Shown here: positions 19,760 to 31,161 of the stretch, piece after piece
Position numbering within the stretch: position 1 is the stretch's first letter
How the letters are laid out: each line of letters begins with the position of its first letter
Source: Candidatus Oscillibacter pullicola
Lineage (GTDB): Bacteria > Bacillota > Clostridia > Oscillospirales > Oscillospiraceae
DNA: 64,000 nt
Assembly: GCA_019118935.1 (NCBI GenBank)
Contig: DWXY01000023.1
Span: 11,356 to 75,355, forward strand
Direction of reading: 5' to 3'
Notes under the pieces: generated by a model
Seen by the model: only the letters and a program-made list of their open reading frames with translations
Databases searched by the model: none
What the model was told of the DNA's origin: nothing
Position numbers and translations under genes: made by a program

Positions 19760-20359
19760 TTACAGGGCTCCCTCCGCCCAGGAGAGGAACTCCTCCCGGC
19801 CATACAACAGGTTCAGCGCCTCCAGCATGCCGTTTGGCGTCAGGTGCTCCGGCAGGTCCATCCGCTTCAGCAGGGCCCGGCGCTTCGCGGCGCTGTCGGT
19901 TCCGCCGGTGAGGCCCAGGGCGAACAGGTCCGCCTTGGTGATGGGGTCTTTCCGGCGTTCTCCCACAGTCTCTTCGTCGGCGAAGGTGGCGCCCGCCCGG
20001 CGCAGGGCCTCCAGCAGCACAGCGGGCTTCATGCCCTCCACTCCCAGCTTGCCCTCTTTGCCGGGGGTCCGCTTGCGGCGCTCCTTGCCCGGGATGTCCG
20101 GGATATATGCCTGCTTCACCCGGTTCCGGGGGAGGGCACCCTTCAGATAGTTCCGGATGACGAACCCCGCCCCGTCGCTGTCCGTCAGCACGATGAGTCC
20201 CCGCTGTTCCGCCAGGCGGCGGAGAAAGGCCAGCTTCTCCCGGTCGTTGAACACGGCGAAGCCCCCCAGTGTGATGATGGTAGCGTCCACCACCTGACTG
20301 AGGGCGTTTTTGTCGTAGCGGCCCTCTACCACGATGACCTCTCGGATCGTTTTCTTCAT
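19760..20359 (-). CDS. rnmV: Ribonuclease M5 (toprim + DUF4093)
   Basis: IVVEGRYD, IVLTDSDGAGFVIR, EGKLGVEG. Confidence 0.9.
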   Translation of the reverse strand: MKKTIREVIVVEGRYDKNALSQVVDATIITLGGFAVFNDREKLAFLRRLAEQRGLIVLTDSDGAGFVIRNYLKGALPRNRVKQAYIPDIPGKERRKRTPGKEGKLGVEGMKPAVLLEALRRAGATFADEETVGERRKDPITKADLFALGLTGGTDSAAKRRALLKRMDLPEHLTPNGMLEALNLLYGREEFLSWAEGAL

Positions 20360-21411
20360 CGCCGCTGCGCCCCCAGACGCACCAGCAGCAGCTTCAGCTC
20401 ACCTACGGCGTCCACGCCCTTCTCGCTCTTCATCCGCCGGTCCAGCACCTGGCACATCTGCACCGCGTCGGCGCACCAGGCGGCGGTGGTCTTTTTGGCG
20501 GCGGAGAGCAGGAGCTTGGCCGGGTAGTCGCTCTTCATCTCCCACAGCTCCATGAGCCAGTACTTGTCCTTGCCGCTGTCAATGGCCATCCGGGCGGTAT
20601 AGATGCGCCGGAGCTGGTTGCCCAAAGCCGCCAGGATCATGATGGGCTCCGTCTGCATTTTCAGCAGGTCCCCCAGGATGCGGGCCGCCCCGTCGTAATT
20701 CCCCTGGAGCACCGCGTCGGACAGGCGGAACACCTCCGCCGACAGCACCGGGTCCGCCACGGCGTCGATGTCCTTCTGGGTGATGGCCCTGCCCTTGGCA
20801 TAGGCGCCGATCTTTGCGATCTCCGGCACCAGACCCGTCATCAGGCCGCCGCAGGTGAAGATCAGGTACTCCGCCGTCTGGCGGTCGATCTCCTTCCCCA
20901 GGGCCTTGAACCGCCGGGCGATCCACACCACCAGGTCGCTGTTGTCCGCCGGGCGGAACTCCACTGCCTCCACATGGTCGGTGACGGCCTTGTACAGCTT
21001 CTTCATAGTGCGGTTGGGCTTGTATTCCACCGTGTCGTAGAGGAACACCACGCAGCAGTAGGGCGGCACATCCTCCAAGAAGGCGATCAGCTTTTCCCGC
21101 TGCTCCTCGTTCAGCTTGAACAGGTCGAAGTCCGACACCACGATCAGCGTCCGCTCCGCCATCATGGGCATGGCCTCCGCCGTCTCCGCCAGGGTCTGGA
21201 CCGTCAGGTCCTTCCCCTCCAGGGTGTGGTAGTTGAACTCCTCGAACCCGGCGGGGACCAGCTTCTTCCGCAGCTCTTTGAGATAGTACTCCCGGAGATA
21301 CGTCTCCTCCCCGTAGAAGATGTAGGCGTTTCCCGCCGTTCCCGCGGCCAGGTCGTTTTTCAGTTTCTGAAAGGCCTCGTTGGCCTTGGATGTCTTTTTC
21401 GCGTATGCCAT
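20356..21411 (-). CDS. holA: DNA polymerase III subunit delta
   Basis: YIFYGEETYL, AEAMPMMAERTLIVV; located downstream of comEC as usual. Confidence 0.92.
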   Translation of the reverse strand: MAYAKKTSKANEAFQKLKNDLAAGTAGNAYIFYGEETYLREYYLKELRKKLVPAGFEEFNYHTLEGKDLTVQTLAETAEAMPMMAERTLIVVSDFDLFKLNEEQREKLIAFLEDVPPYCCVVFLYDTVEYKPNRTMKKLYKAVTDHVEAVEFRPADNSDLVVWIARRFKALGKEIDRQTAEYLIFTCGGLMTGLVPEIAKIGAYAKGRAITQKDIDAVADPVLSAEVFRLSDAVLQGNYDGAARILGDLLKMQTEPIMILAALGNQLRRIYTARMAIDSGKDKYWLMELWEMKSDYPAKLLLSAAKKTTAAWCADAVQMCQVLDRRMKSEKGVDAVGELKLLLVRLGAQRR

Positions 21412-21420
21412 GGTGTCTCC

Positions 21421-23670
21421 TCAATTCACAGATAGATGGACGGTGCCCTGCTTGTCCGTCCGGTAGATCTCCACATCCGCCAGCACCAGGCGGCGGAGGG
21501 CGTCCTCTGTGGGGTGGCCGTAACTGTTGTCCCCCACGCTGATGATGCCTGTCTCCGGCGTCACGGCCTCCAGCAGCTCCTCCGAGGTGGAGGATTTGGA
21601 GCCGTGGTGGCCCACCACCAGGGCCTCGATGTCGGGCAGGTCATGGTCGGCGATCAGCTGCCGCTCCGCGGCCATGTTCCGGTCCCCGGTAATCAGCAGG
21701 TCGTAGTCGCCATAGGTGCACAGGACGGCCAGCCCCTGTTCGTTGTCGCCCTCCACGTCTCCCGGCGGGTAGATGGTGAGGCTGCTCTCCCCCAGGGTGT
21801 AAACCGTCTCCGCCTCCACGTATTGAATGTCCACGCCGTGGTTCCGGGCGGCCAGCTCCACCCGGAACCGCGCCCCTGCATCGTCGGACACGTCCGGCAG
21901 GAGCAGAGTGTCCACCCGCGCTCTCGCCAGCAGCTCCGCCACGCCGGAGATGTGATCGTAGTCATAGTGGGTCAGAATCAGATAGTCCAGCGTCCCACAG
22001 CCCATGGTGGCCAGGTGGTCCGCCGCGATGCCGCCGGCATCGTACCAGCTGTTGCGGCTGCCGCAGTCCACCAGGGCAAATTTCCCGCCGGAGGTCAGCA
22101 GCACGCTCTCCCCCTGCCCCACGTCCAGCACATAGGCGTCCAGGCCGCCCCGGGTGTAGTGGGGCGCGCCCAGCCGCACCGTCGCCGCCAGGGACACCGC
22201 CGCCAGCACACCGGCCACGGCGTACTTCCGCCTGGCCTTGGGCCGCAGGAAAAAGGCCGCGGCGAAGAGGACATACAGAAATACCAGCCAGTATTTCAGG
22301 TACGGGTTGGTGAAGTACAGGGCGTGGTGGGGGATGGACGCCAGAACCCCGGATATCCAGAGAATATACCGGGTCAGCAAAGCCGGCACGAAGCCGATCA
22401 CCGCCCCCAGGGGCATCCAGAGGAAGCTCACCAGCACCGCCCCAAGCCCCAGCATGAACACAAGGCTGGAGGCCGTCAGGCACAGCAGGTTGCTCACCGG
22501 AGAGATCAGCACCAGCGACCCGAAGTAGACGGCGCACAAAGGCACCGTGAACGCCATGGCCCCCACAGTGGCCGACAGGCTGGCGGCCAGGAAGCGGCAG
22601 ACCTTCCCTCTCGGCTTCTCCCCCAGCAGCAGGTCCTGGACCTTCGGCGTCAGCCAGAGAAGCCCCGCCATGGCCCCGAAGGACAGCTGCAGGCTGATGG
22701 AGGCCGCTGCGAAGGGGTTCGCCAGCAGGATCAAAAACAGGGCGGCAGACAGCGTGGTGGGCGGGTCGCTGTCCCGCTGAAACAGGGGCGCCGCCAGCAC
22801 GAACACCACCATGATGCAGGCCCGGACCACCGAGGGACTGGCCCCGGTCAGCAGCGTATAGAACATCAGGACGGGCAGCGCCAGCGCCGCCGCCAGACGG
22901 TGCCGGTGCCGTCCCGTGAACAGCAGGATCAGCGTCATCAGAAAGCCGCAGTGCATCCCGGACACCGCCAGGATGTGGCTGAGTCCCGCCTCCGACAGGT
23001 CGGACCGGGCTTCTTCCGACAATCCGGACGTGTCCCCGGTGAGGATGGCACCGAGGAACGCCGCCTCATCCCCGTCAAACAGCGCCGTCACCCGGTCCTG
23101 CATGGCCCGGGCCGCCCGGGCGGGCCACCACCGGGGCGAGCCGGCGGATCCCTCGCCGTAGACGGCCTCGTCTCCCCGCTGGTAGGCCAGCAGGAACACC
23201 CCCTGGGAGGTGAAGTTGGTAATGGTATCCTCCCGAAGTCGGGCGGAATCCTGAAATTTGACCTGGGCTGTCACCGTCTGGCCCGGCTCCAGGTCCAGCA
23301 GGTCCGCCCCGCCGTAGTAGACCACCTTGCCCAGGGGAAAACCCTCCAGCTTCACTGTCACCTTGGCGCCGTAGTCCGTGGGGACGGCGTACTCCAAAAG
23401 AGTCATGGAAGCGGTGCCCTCGCTGCCGGACAGGGCCGCAAGAGGCGCCCGCACAGCATAGCTGTACAGCCAGTTCCACCCCAGGGCCAGCGCCAGCCCC
23501 GTGCCCGCCAGCAGCACCCGCTTCCGCCAAAGTCCAGGCAGCAGCAGGGCGAGACAGGCCGCAGCAAAGAAAACTGCCGCCAGGGGCAGGAGAATCCTCT
23601 CCGGCAGCAGATACTGGGCCAGATAGATCCCCAGTGCGAAGGACGCGGTGAACGCGGCCAGCTTGCGCAT
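21421..23670 (-). CDS. comEC: DNA internalization competence protein ComEC/Rec2
   Basis: GLSHILAVSGMH, TGASPSVVRA, beta-lactamase-fold DVGQG, THYDYDH, GHHGS, YGHP. Confidence 0.93.
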   Translation of the reverse strand: MRKLAAFTASFALGIYLAQYLLPERILLPLAAVFFAAACLALLLPGLWRKRVLLAGTGLALALGWNWLYSYAVRAPLAALSGSEGTASMTLLEYAVPTDYGAKVTVKLEGFPLGKVVYYGGADLLDLEPGQTVTAQVKFQDSARLREDTITNFTSQGVFLLAYQRGDEAVYGEGSAGSPRWWPARAARAMQDRVTALFDGDEAAFLGAILTGDTSGLSEEARSDLSEAGLSHILAVSGMHCGFLMTLILLFTGRHRHRLAAALALPVLMFYTLLTGASPSVVRACIMVVFVLAAPLFQRDSDPPTTLSAALFLILLANPFAAASISLQLSFGAMAGLLWLTPKVQDLLLGEKPRGKVCRFLAASLSATVGAMAFTVPLCAVYFGSLVLISPVSNLLCLTASSLVFMLGLGAVLVSFLWMPLGAVIGFVPALLTRYILWISGVLASIPHHALYFTNPYLKYWLVFLYVLFAAAFFLRPKARRKYAVAGVLAAVSLAATVRLGAPHYTRGGLDAYVLDVGQGESVLLTSGGKFALVDCGSRNSWYDAGGIAADHLATMGCGTLDYLILTHYDYDHISGVAELLARARVDTLLLPDVSDDAGARFRVELAARNHGVDIQYVEAETVYTLGESSLTIYPPGDVEGDNEQGLAVLCTYGDYDLLITGDRNMAAERQLIADHDLPDIEALVVGHHGSKSSTSEELLEAVTPETGIISVGDNSYGHPTEDALRRLVLADVEIYRTDKQGTVHLSVN

Positions 23671-24066
23671 GGTCTCTCCTCTTTTCCATCCTGCCAAACA
23701 TCTGGTCCAGCGGCTGCCCCAGAACAGCGGGCAGACTGCAAAGGGCCGCAATTCCGCTCTCTCCGCTGGTTCCGTGCATAGGCCGCCGGGATCTCCGGCA
23801 CCCGCGCCGTTTTGCCCCGTGTCAGCCCTTTGGCTGGACGCGCTTTCTCCAAATGACTTGCTTCCCCGCCTCGTCCCCAGCCTATCACAGCTGTTTGGAA
23901 AAATGGGGAAAGGAAACCATTTGGGTCCATTATACCGGGAACCGGCGGGAAATACCAGCCCTTTTTCCGCAAATCGCGCCCCCGCTCTTGACGGCTCTTT
24001 CCTCCCGGCGTAAGATAGCAGTAATCAGTGGAAACCCTTCCACGAAAAAAGAGAGGAGCGCTGACC

Positions 24067-25530
24067 ATGAAACGCATTCTGACCATACTGGCCGCGACCT
24101 TGCTGCTGACTGCGGCAATGGCCGGGACCGCCTCCGCCTCTTCCTACGACTCCGTTGCGGAGGAGCTGTCCGCCATCGGCGTGTTCCGGGGCACCGCCGG
24201 CGGCTTTGAGCTGGACCGCGCCCCTACCCGTTCCGAGGCCGCCATCATGCTGGTGCGGCTCTACGGCGCCGAGGACGAGGCCAAAGCCGCCTATGAGGCG
24301 GGCGAGATCTCCATGCCCTTCACCGACGTGAGCGACACCGCCGCCCCCTCCGTCGCCTGGCTGTACAGCCAGGGCATCACCAACGGCACCTCCGCCACCA
24401 CTTTCGGCGCCTCCAGTCCGTGCAGTGCGAAGATGTACTGCGCCTTCCTGCTGCGGGCCCTGGGCTATGAGGACGGCGTGGACTTCCTGTACGCGGACAC
24501 GCTGGACTTCGCCATGCTCCACGGCCTGTTCAACCTCTCCATGCTGGACGCCGCCCCTTTCCTGCGGGACGATCTGGCTGCCGTCACCTACCAGGCCCTG
24601 GGCGCTGATCTCAAGGACGGCAGCACCTATCTGCTGGCCAGCCTGGTGGAGAGCGGCGCCATCGACGCCGACGCCGCCCGGCCCATTACCGAGAAAATCG
24701 AGTCCTACCGGGCCCTGACCGCCGCCAGCCAGGCCTCCTCCACCGGCATCGACGCGGACTATACCATGAACATGGGGATGGACATTGCCGTTGACGGCTC
24801 TGATGGGACCGAGACCATCCACGAGACCATGTCCGTGGCCGTCTCCGGAGACGGCCGCATCCAGATGATTCTGAAGGACCCGCTCCAGCTGGCCATTTCC
24901 ATGAACATGAACATGGAATCCAACACGGCGGGCGCCGGCCCCGATGTGACCGTGCAGGATCAAGTCTCTGTCCAGGAGTGGATGCAGGACGGCTGGGTCT
25001 ATGTCCAGGAGGAGATGGACGGAACGACCGACCGGTACAAATATCCGGTGGGCGACATGGACGGGTTCGCGGAGTTCTATCAGGAGATGCTGCAGATCAG
25101 CGGCCAGATGAACAACATGATGCTGCCCATGATCGACTCCATCGACGTCTCCCGCACGGGCTCCCGCACCGTATACACCATGAAGATGGACGACAGCCTG
25201 AACAGCCTTCTGGAGGATCTGCTGACGGCCCTGCAGGAAGAGCTGGCCGCCATGGAGAGCCCGGTGGACCTCACCGCGGATCTGCAGAGCTGCACATACG
25301 TCTACACCGTCGGTTCCGACGGAGAGCTGGAATCCTGCACTGCGGACATCGACCTGGATCTGGCGCTGGGCCTGCCCGTCACGGAGACCGAAAATGCGCA
25401 GATCACCGCCAAGCTCCAGATGGATATGCAGATGGATGTCAACGCCACCGGCGATGATGTGCGCATCTCTTACCCCAGCTTCTCCAACTTTGAGGACCTG
25501 ACCCCGGTCCTCTCCGGCGGTGAGCTGTAA
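24067..25530 (+). CDS. S-layer homology (SLH) domain surface protein
   Basis: Signal peptide; SLH repeats (LDRAPTRSEAAIML, FTDV...VAWLYSQGITNGTSATTFG); beta-rich C-terminal domain. Confidence 0.8.
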   Translation: MKRILTILAATLLLTAAMAGTASASSYDSVAEELSAIGVFRGTAGGFELDRAPTRSEAAIMLVRLYGAEDEAKAAYEAGEISMPFTDVSDTAAPSVAWLYSQGITNGTSATTFGASSPCSAKMYCAFLLRALGYEDGVDFLYADTLDFAMLHGLFNLSMLDAAPFLRDDLAAVTYQALGADLKDGSTYLLASLVESGAIDADAARPITEKIESYRALTAASQASSTGIDADYTMNMGMDIAVDGSDGTETIHETMSVAVSGDGRIQMILKDPLQLAISMNMNMESNTAGAGPDVTVQDQVSVQEWMQDGWVYVQEEMDGTTDRYKYPVGDMDGFAEFYQEMLQISGQMNNMMLPMIDSIDVSRTGSRTVYTMKMDDSLNSLLEDLLTALQEELAAMESPVDLTADLQSCTYVYTVGSDGELESCTADIDLDLALGLPVTETENAQITAKLQMDMQMDVNATGDDVRISYPSFSNFEDLTPVLSGGEL

Positions 25531-25548
25531 TCTCCTTTCCCAATCAAT

Positions 25549-25585
25549 AAGAGAGCGCCGCGAGCTTTGCTCGCGGCGCTCTCTT
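25549..25585 (+). terminator. Intrinsic terminator
   Basis: AAGAGAGCGCCGCGAGC-TTT-GCTCGCGGCGCTCTCTT perfect stem. Confidence 0.8.
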
Positions 25586-25673
25586 GTGTTCCAACGGATG
25601 GGGGCAGGAGGCAAATCAGGAAATTGAAATCATTTTCGCCACGACAGTGACAGCCCGCTCCCCCTCGAAGGCC

Positions 25674-25752
25674 GCATCAGCCCGGAGGCCACGTCATGTC
25701 TCTGCCGCTCAGTACGTGGAAGTGCAGGTGAAATACGCTCTGCCCCGCCTGC
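25674..25752 (-). repeat. Duplicated 3' end of the HIT gene (direct repeat of 25893-25971)
   Basis: 79 bp, 78/79 identical; encodes [24 protein letters not shown] without a start. Confidence 0.95.
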
Positions 25753-25892
25753 ATTCCCCACCGGGCCGAGCCCGGCGGGGACCCCGGATAAAACTTGAGC
25801 GGGCAGGCATAGCCCGCCCGCTCCAAGGTTTTGCTTCGCAAAACGCTTGCACGCGCGCTCGCGCGCGGCCCCGCTGGGGCCGTGGCTCCCAG
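25753..25892 (-). mobile_element. Short multi-hairpin non-coding element E1 (putative non-autonomous mobile element)
   Basis: Several hairpins; homologous to 37710-37865; lies between 79-bp direct repeats; mobility is inferred. Confidence 0.65.
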
Positions 25893-25895
25893 GCA

Positions 25896-26234
25896 TCAGC
25901 CCGGAGGCCACGTCATGTCTCTGCCGCTCAGTACGTGGAAGTGCAGGTGAAATACGCTCTGTCCCGCCTGCTCGCCGATGTTGGAGACCACCCGGTAGCT
26001 GTCCAGGCCCTTTTCCTTTGTCAGCTTGGCAATGACCTCAAAGATGTGAGCCACCACCATGCTGTTGTCCGCGGTGATCTCGGACACAGAGCCGATATGG
26101 GCCTTGGGCACCACCAGAAAGTGGGTGGGCGCCTGTGGATCAATGTCATTGAAGGCGTAGCACACGTCGTCCTCGTAGACCTTGCTGCTGGGAATCTCCC
26201 CGGCGATGATCTTGCAGAATAGGCAATCGGACAT
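25896..26234 (-). CDS. hinT: Histidine triad nucleotide-binding protein (HIT family)
   Basis: DCLFCKII, DIDPQAPTHFLVVPK, HLHFH triad; AAAGGAGG RBS. Confidence 0.95.
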   Translation of the reverse strand: MSDCLFCKIIAGEIPSSKVYEDDVCYAFNDIDPQAPTHFLVVPKAHIGSVSEITADNSMVVAHIFEVIAKLTKEKGLDSYRVVSNIGEQAGQSVFHLHFHVLSGRDMTWPPG

Positions 26235-26236
26235 TT

Positions 26237-26431
26237 TCAAACCTCCTTTGATGTGATCGGTATAAATTGATGATAAACGGGATCGTAGCGATAGTCAACC
26301 CCCGCCAGTGTTTCCCGCAAGGACTGCTCGTCCGCGTTCAGGGACGCACACAGGTCTTCCAGGTCCGCATATTGGTCCCGGAGACGGGCGTTGATGAAGC
26401 TCAGAAGGATGTACGGGTCCTTAGGCAGCAT
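26237..26431 (-). CDS. DUF4250 family small protein
   Basis: MLPKDPYILLSFINARLRDQYADLEDLC pattern. Confidence 0.8.
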   Translation of the reverse strand: MLPKDPYILLSFINARLRDQYADLEDLCASLNADEQSLRETLAGVDYRYDPVYHQFIPITSKEV

Positions 26432-26491
26432 GGCAGTCCTCCCTTTTTCTGTAAAGGAAAATTGCTTGTAATATTCTAAAAGCAAAGAGTT

Positions 26492-26836
26492 TTACCGCAC
26501 CGGTGTGTAGTTGATGGATGCTTCCTCCTCTGTGGCCTCCAGCTTGAAGATCACGGGGCGGAGCCCATCGTTGCAGGAGCAGATGGCCACGCCGGGCTTG
26601 CGGATCCAGTCTCCGTAGTAGAACAGGCCCTCCCCCGCCCCGTGGGCCAGGGCAAACACATACTGGTAGATGGCCTTCCAGGCCTCGTCGCACAGGCCCT
26701 CCGGCTTGGCGTAGTCGGCGTAGAACACCCGGCCCTCCCGCAGCATGGGGCAGGGACCCAGGCCCTCGGCACCGTACTCCGCCGCCAGCTCTTTGTCCAG
26801 GGTGGTTTTCAAGACGGTGATCTTGACTTTTTTCAT
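26492..26836 (-). CDS. TIGR04076 family protein
   Basis: KPEGLCDEAWKAI...CNDGLRPVIFKLE. Confidence 0.8.
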   Translation of the reverse strand: MKKVKITVLKTTLDKELAAEYGAEGLGPCPMLREGRVFYADYAKPEGLCDEAWKAIYQYVFALAHGAGEGLFYYGDWIRKPGVAICSCNDGLRPVIFKLEATEEEASINYTPVR

Positions 26837-26854
26837 GGGGTGTCCTCCTTTGGG

Positions 26855-27472
26855 TCACGATTCCTTCTTCATCCGGAACTCAACAGGTTCAAACGTAAAC
26901 AGGGGCTTGCGTTGCTGCACCTTTCTCCCCTTAGGCTTCTCCAGTCCCAGTGTGTCGTAATACTCGTCGGAGAACTTCAGAACCGACGGGGCAAAGGCCG
27001 CCTGGAGTTCCTTCACCCGCCGGAACGGGTCCCGGGGCTGGATGTGGAACGTCTCCGCCAGCAGCGCCAGGGACGCGTCCCGTCTCTTGAAGTCCTCCTC
27101 ACAGCCCAGCCAGGTGTTGGCATCGTTGTCCGCCAGGAGCTTCCGGAACCGGGCCTCATCCATCAGGAAAATCTGGGCCAGGGGGCTGGTGCCTTTGCAG
27201 TAGAGTACATGGGACAAGAACTCCCGGAAGTCCGCTCCCACCGGCAGGACAAAGGTGCCCTCCCCCGCCAGCTCCGGCTCCACGCAGTACACTCCCTCGT
27301 CCCCCGGCAGGAGGACGAAGTGGGTCCCGCAGCTGCCCCATCCAATGATCTCGGCGTTCTCCGGAGTACAAAAGTACCGCACCGGATCCGCGCCGGTCCC
27401 CGGCTCCAGCTCCAGCAGGGAGAAGTCCAGAGGCAGGCTGAAAAAGGTCTGGATGCCCTTACGAGTTGACAT
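26855..27472 (-). CDS. Hypothetical protein (205 aa; possibly SUKH/SMI1-like)
   Basis: GAAAGGAG RBS before MSTRK; YFCTP...IIGW..GTHF pattern; the upstream part of the 360-aa ORF is read through repeats. Confidence 0.6.
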   Translation of the reverse strand: MSTRKGIQTFFSLPLDFSLLELEPGTGADPVRYFCTPENAEIIGWGSCGTHFVLLPGDEGVYCVEPELAGEGTFVLPVGADFREFLSHVLYCKGTSPLAQIFLMDEARFRKLLADNDANTWLGCEEDFKRRDASLALLAETFHIQPRDPFRRVKELQAAFAPSVLKFSDEYYDTLGLEKPKGRKVQQRKPLFTFEPVEFRMKKES

Positions 27473-27524
27473 AATTTTTCTCCTTTCGGGGCGGGTCTCC
27501 CCGCAGGGGGCTGTTCCCACGGGG

Positions 27525-27676
27525 TGCGCCCCCATTCTCTTTTTGGTTGCGCCAAAAAGAGAATGCGCCGCGCCCGGAGGAAGAGAAAAAGCGCTTTGGC
27601 GCGCTCCGGTGCAGTGGCCCTCCGCGCGACGGGGGTCGGCGGATCGGTGCCTGCTCCGATTTTGCCTGGCCTTCGG
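27525..27676 (+). repeat. Palindromic interspersed repeat copy E3
   Basis: Hairpin CATTCTCTTTTTGG-TTGCG-CCAAAAAGAGAATG plus blocks shared with the reverse complement of 28021-28178. Confidence 0.8.
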
Positions 27677-27812
27677 GCACGCTATAATCTTCTGCCAGGT
27701 CGGTACTGCCGTCCCGTGGCGGATGGTGCTGGCCTCGTCGGGGTGGTCATCGCATTGACCGGCTTCACTTTTCGCTGCCGCTGGCCCGGTGGTTGATGAA
27801 AGCCTCCGCAAA

Positions 27813-27838
27813 GGGCCGATGAGGGCATCGGCCCCTAC
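27813..27838 (-). repeat. GTAG-type REP sequence
   Basis: Minus strand GTAG-GGGCCGATG-CCCT-CATCGGCCC: tetranucleotide plus a perfect 9-bp hairpin. Confidence 0.7.
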
Positions 27839-28020
27839 GGGGACACGGAAGGCTTTCGGTCTTGTTTGATACAAGCTGCTACGACCTCCAGTGCAACGCG
27901 TAGCGAAGCGGAACGCGCGGAAAGAGAAGCTGGTCAAATGCGTTCTTGCAACCCGTTGCCCTCCGCACCCGCGCCGCGGGAATCAGCGTACAAGTCTGTA
28001 CTGCACCCCGCCGCGCCCGT

Positions 28021-28178
28021 CGGAACGCCATCGCAAATCCGCAGGCACCATCTCACGCCGACCCCCGTACAGCGCGGAGGCACGAAGGTGCCGGAGCGCG
28101 ACTAAAGCGTTTTTTCTCTTTGGACCGTGCACGGCCCGTTTCTCTTTTGGCAAGGCCAAAAGAGAAATGGGGGGTGCA
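28021..28178 (-). repeat. Palindromic interspersed repeat copy E4 (inverted relative to E3)
   Basis: Reverse complement shares AAGAGAAAAA-CGCTTT, CGCGCTCCGG, CCTCCGCGC, ACGGGGGTCGGCG and GGTGCCTGC with E3. Confidence 0.8.
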
Positions 28179-28225
28179 TTGGGACAAGCCGGCAATCCGG
28201 CGGATTCCCCGTCCAATGGGACGTC

Positions 28226-30889
<2,664 letters not shown>

Positions 30890-30938
30890 AAAATTTCTTC
30901 CTCCTAAAATGTGTATGATTGGATGATGTCGTATACGG

Positions 30939-31142
30939 TTATTTCTCTTCCGCCAGGACCAGTTTGGCGAAGTCCTCCAGGGAGTCGCCGGGGCGGTCCT
31001 CCGGGTGGTCCAGCAGGTTGAAAAAGCAGTTGGGGACCTCCCGCAGCCGGAGGTTTTTCTGGATGCAGGGCGCGCAGCCCTGGTCGTGCTTGGTGGGGTG
31101 CAGCGGGCAGTTCAGATTGCCGCAGGTGCAGAAGGAAGGCAT
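30939..31142 (-). CDS. Small Cys-rich protein (DUF6485-like)
   Basis: CTCGNLNCPLHP...CAPCIQKNL...PNCFF; AGGAG RBS. Confidence 0.7.
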   Translation of the reverse strand: MPSFCTCGNLNCPLHPTKHDQGCAPCIQKNLRLREVPNCFFNLLDHPEDRPGDSLEDFAKLVLAEEK

Positions 31143-31161
31143 CTGGTTTTCTCCTTTTCTC

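Noticed and set aside
25753-25892. Group II intron or self-cleaving ribozyme identity for E1/E2
   Set aside because: No domain V motif and no convincing hammerhead or HDV core by eye; needs an Infernal search
25674-25971. CRISPR-like repeat-spacer-repeat reading of the direct repeats (also 37658-37917)
   Set aside because: Only two repeats per locus, the repeats are host sequence and differ between loci, the conserved part is the interior, and there are no cas genes
27473-27937. N-terminal half of the 360-aa ORF and other short ORFs over 27459-28308
   Set aside because: Translations of palindromic repeats; the real RBS and start are at 27472
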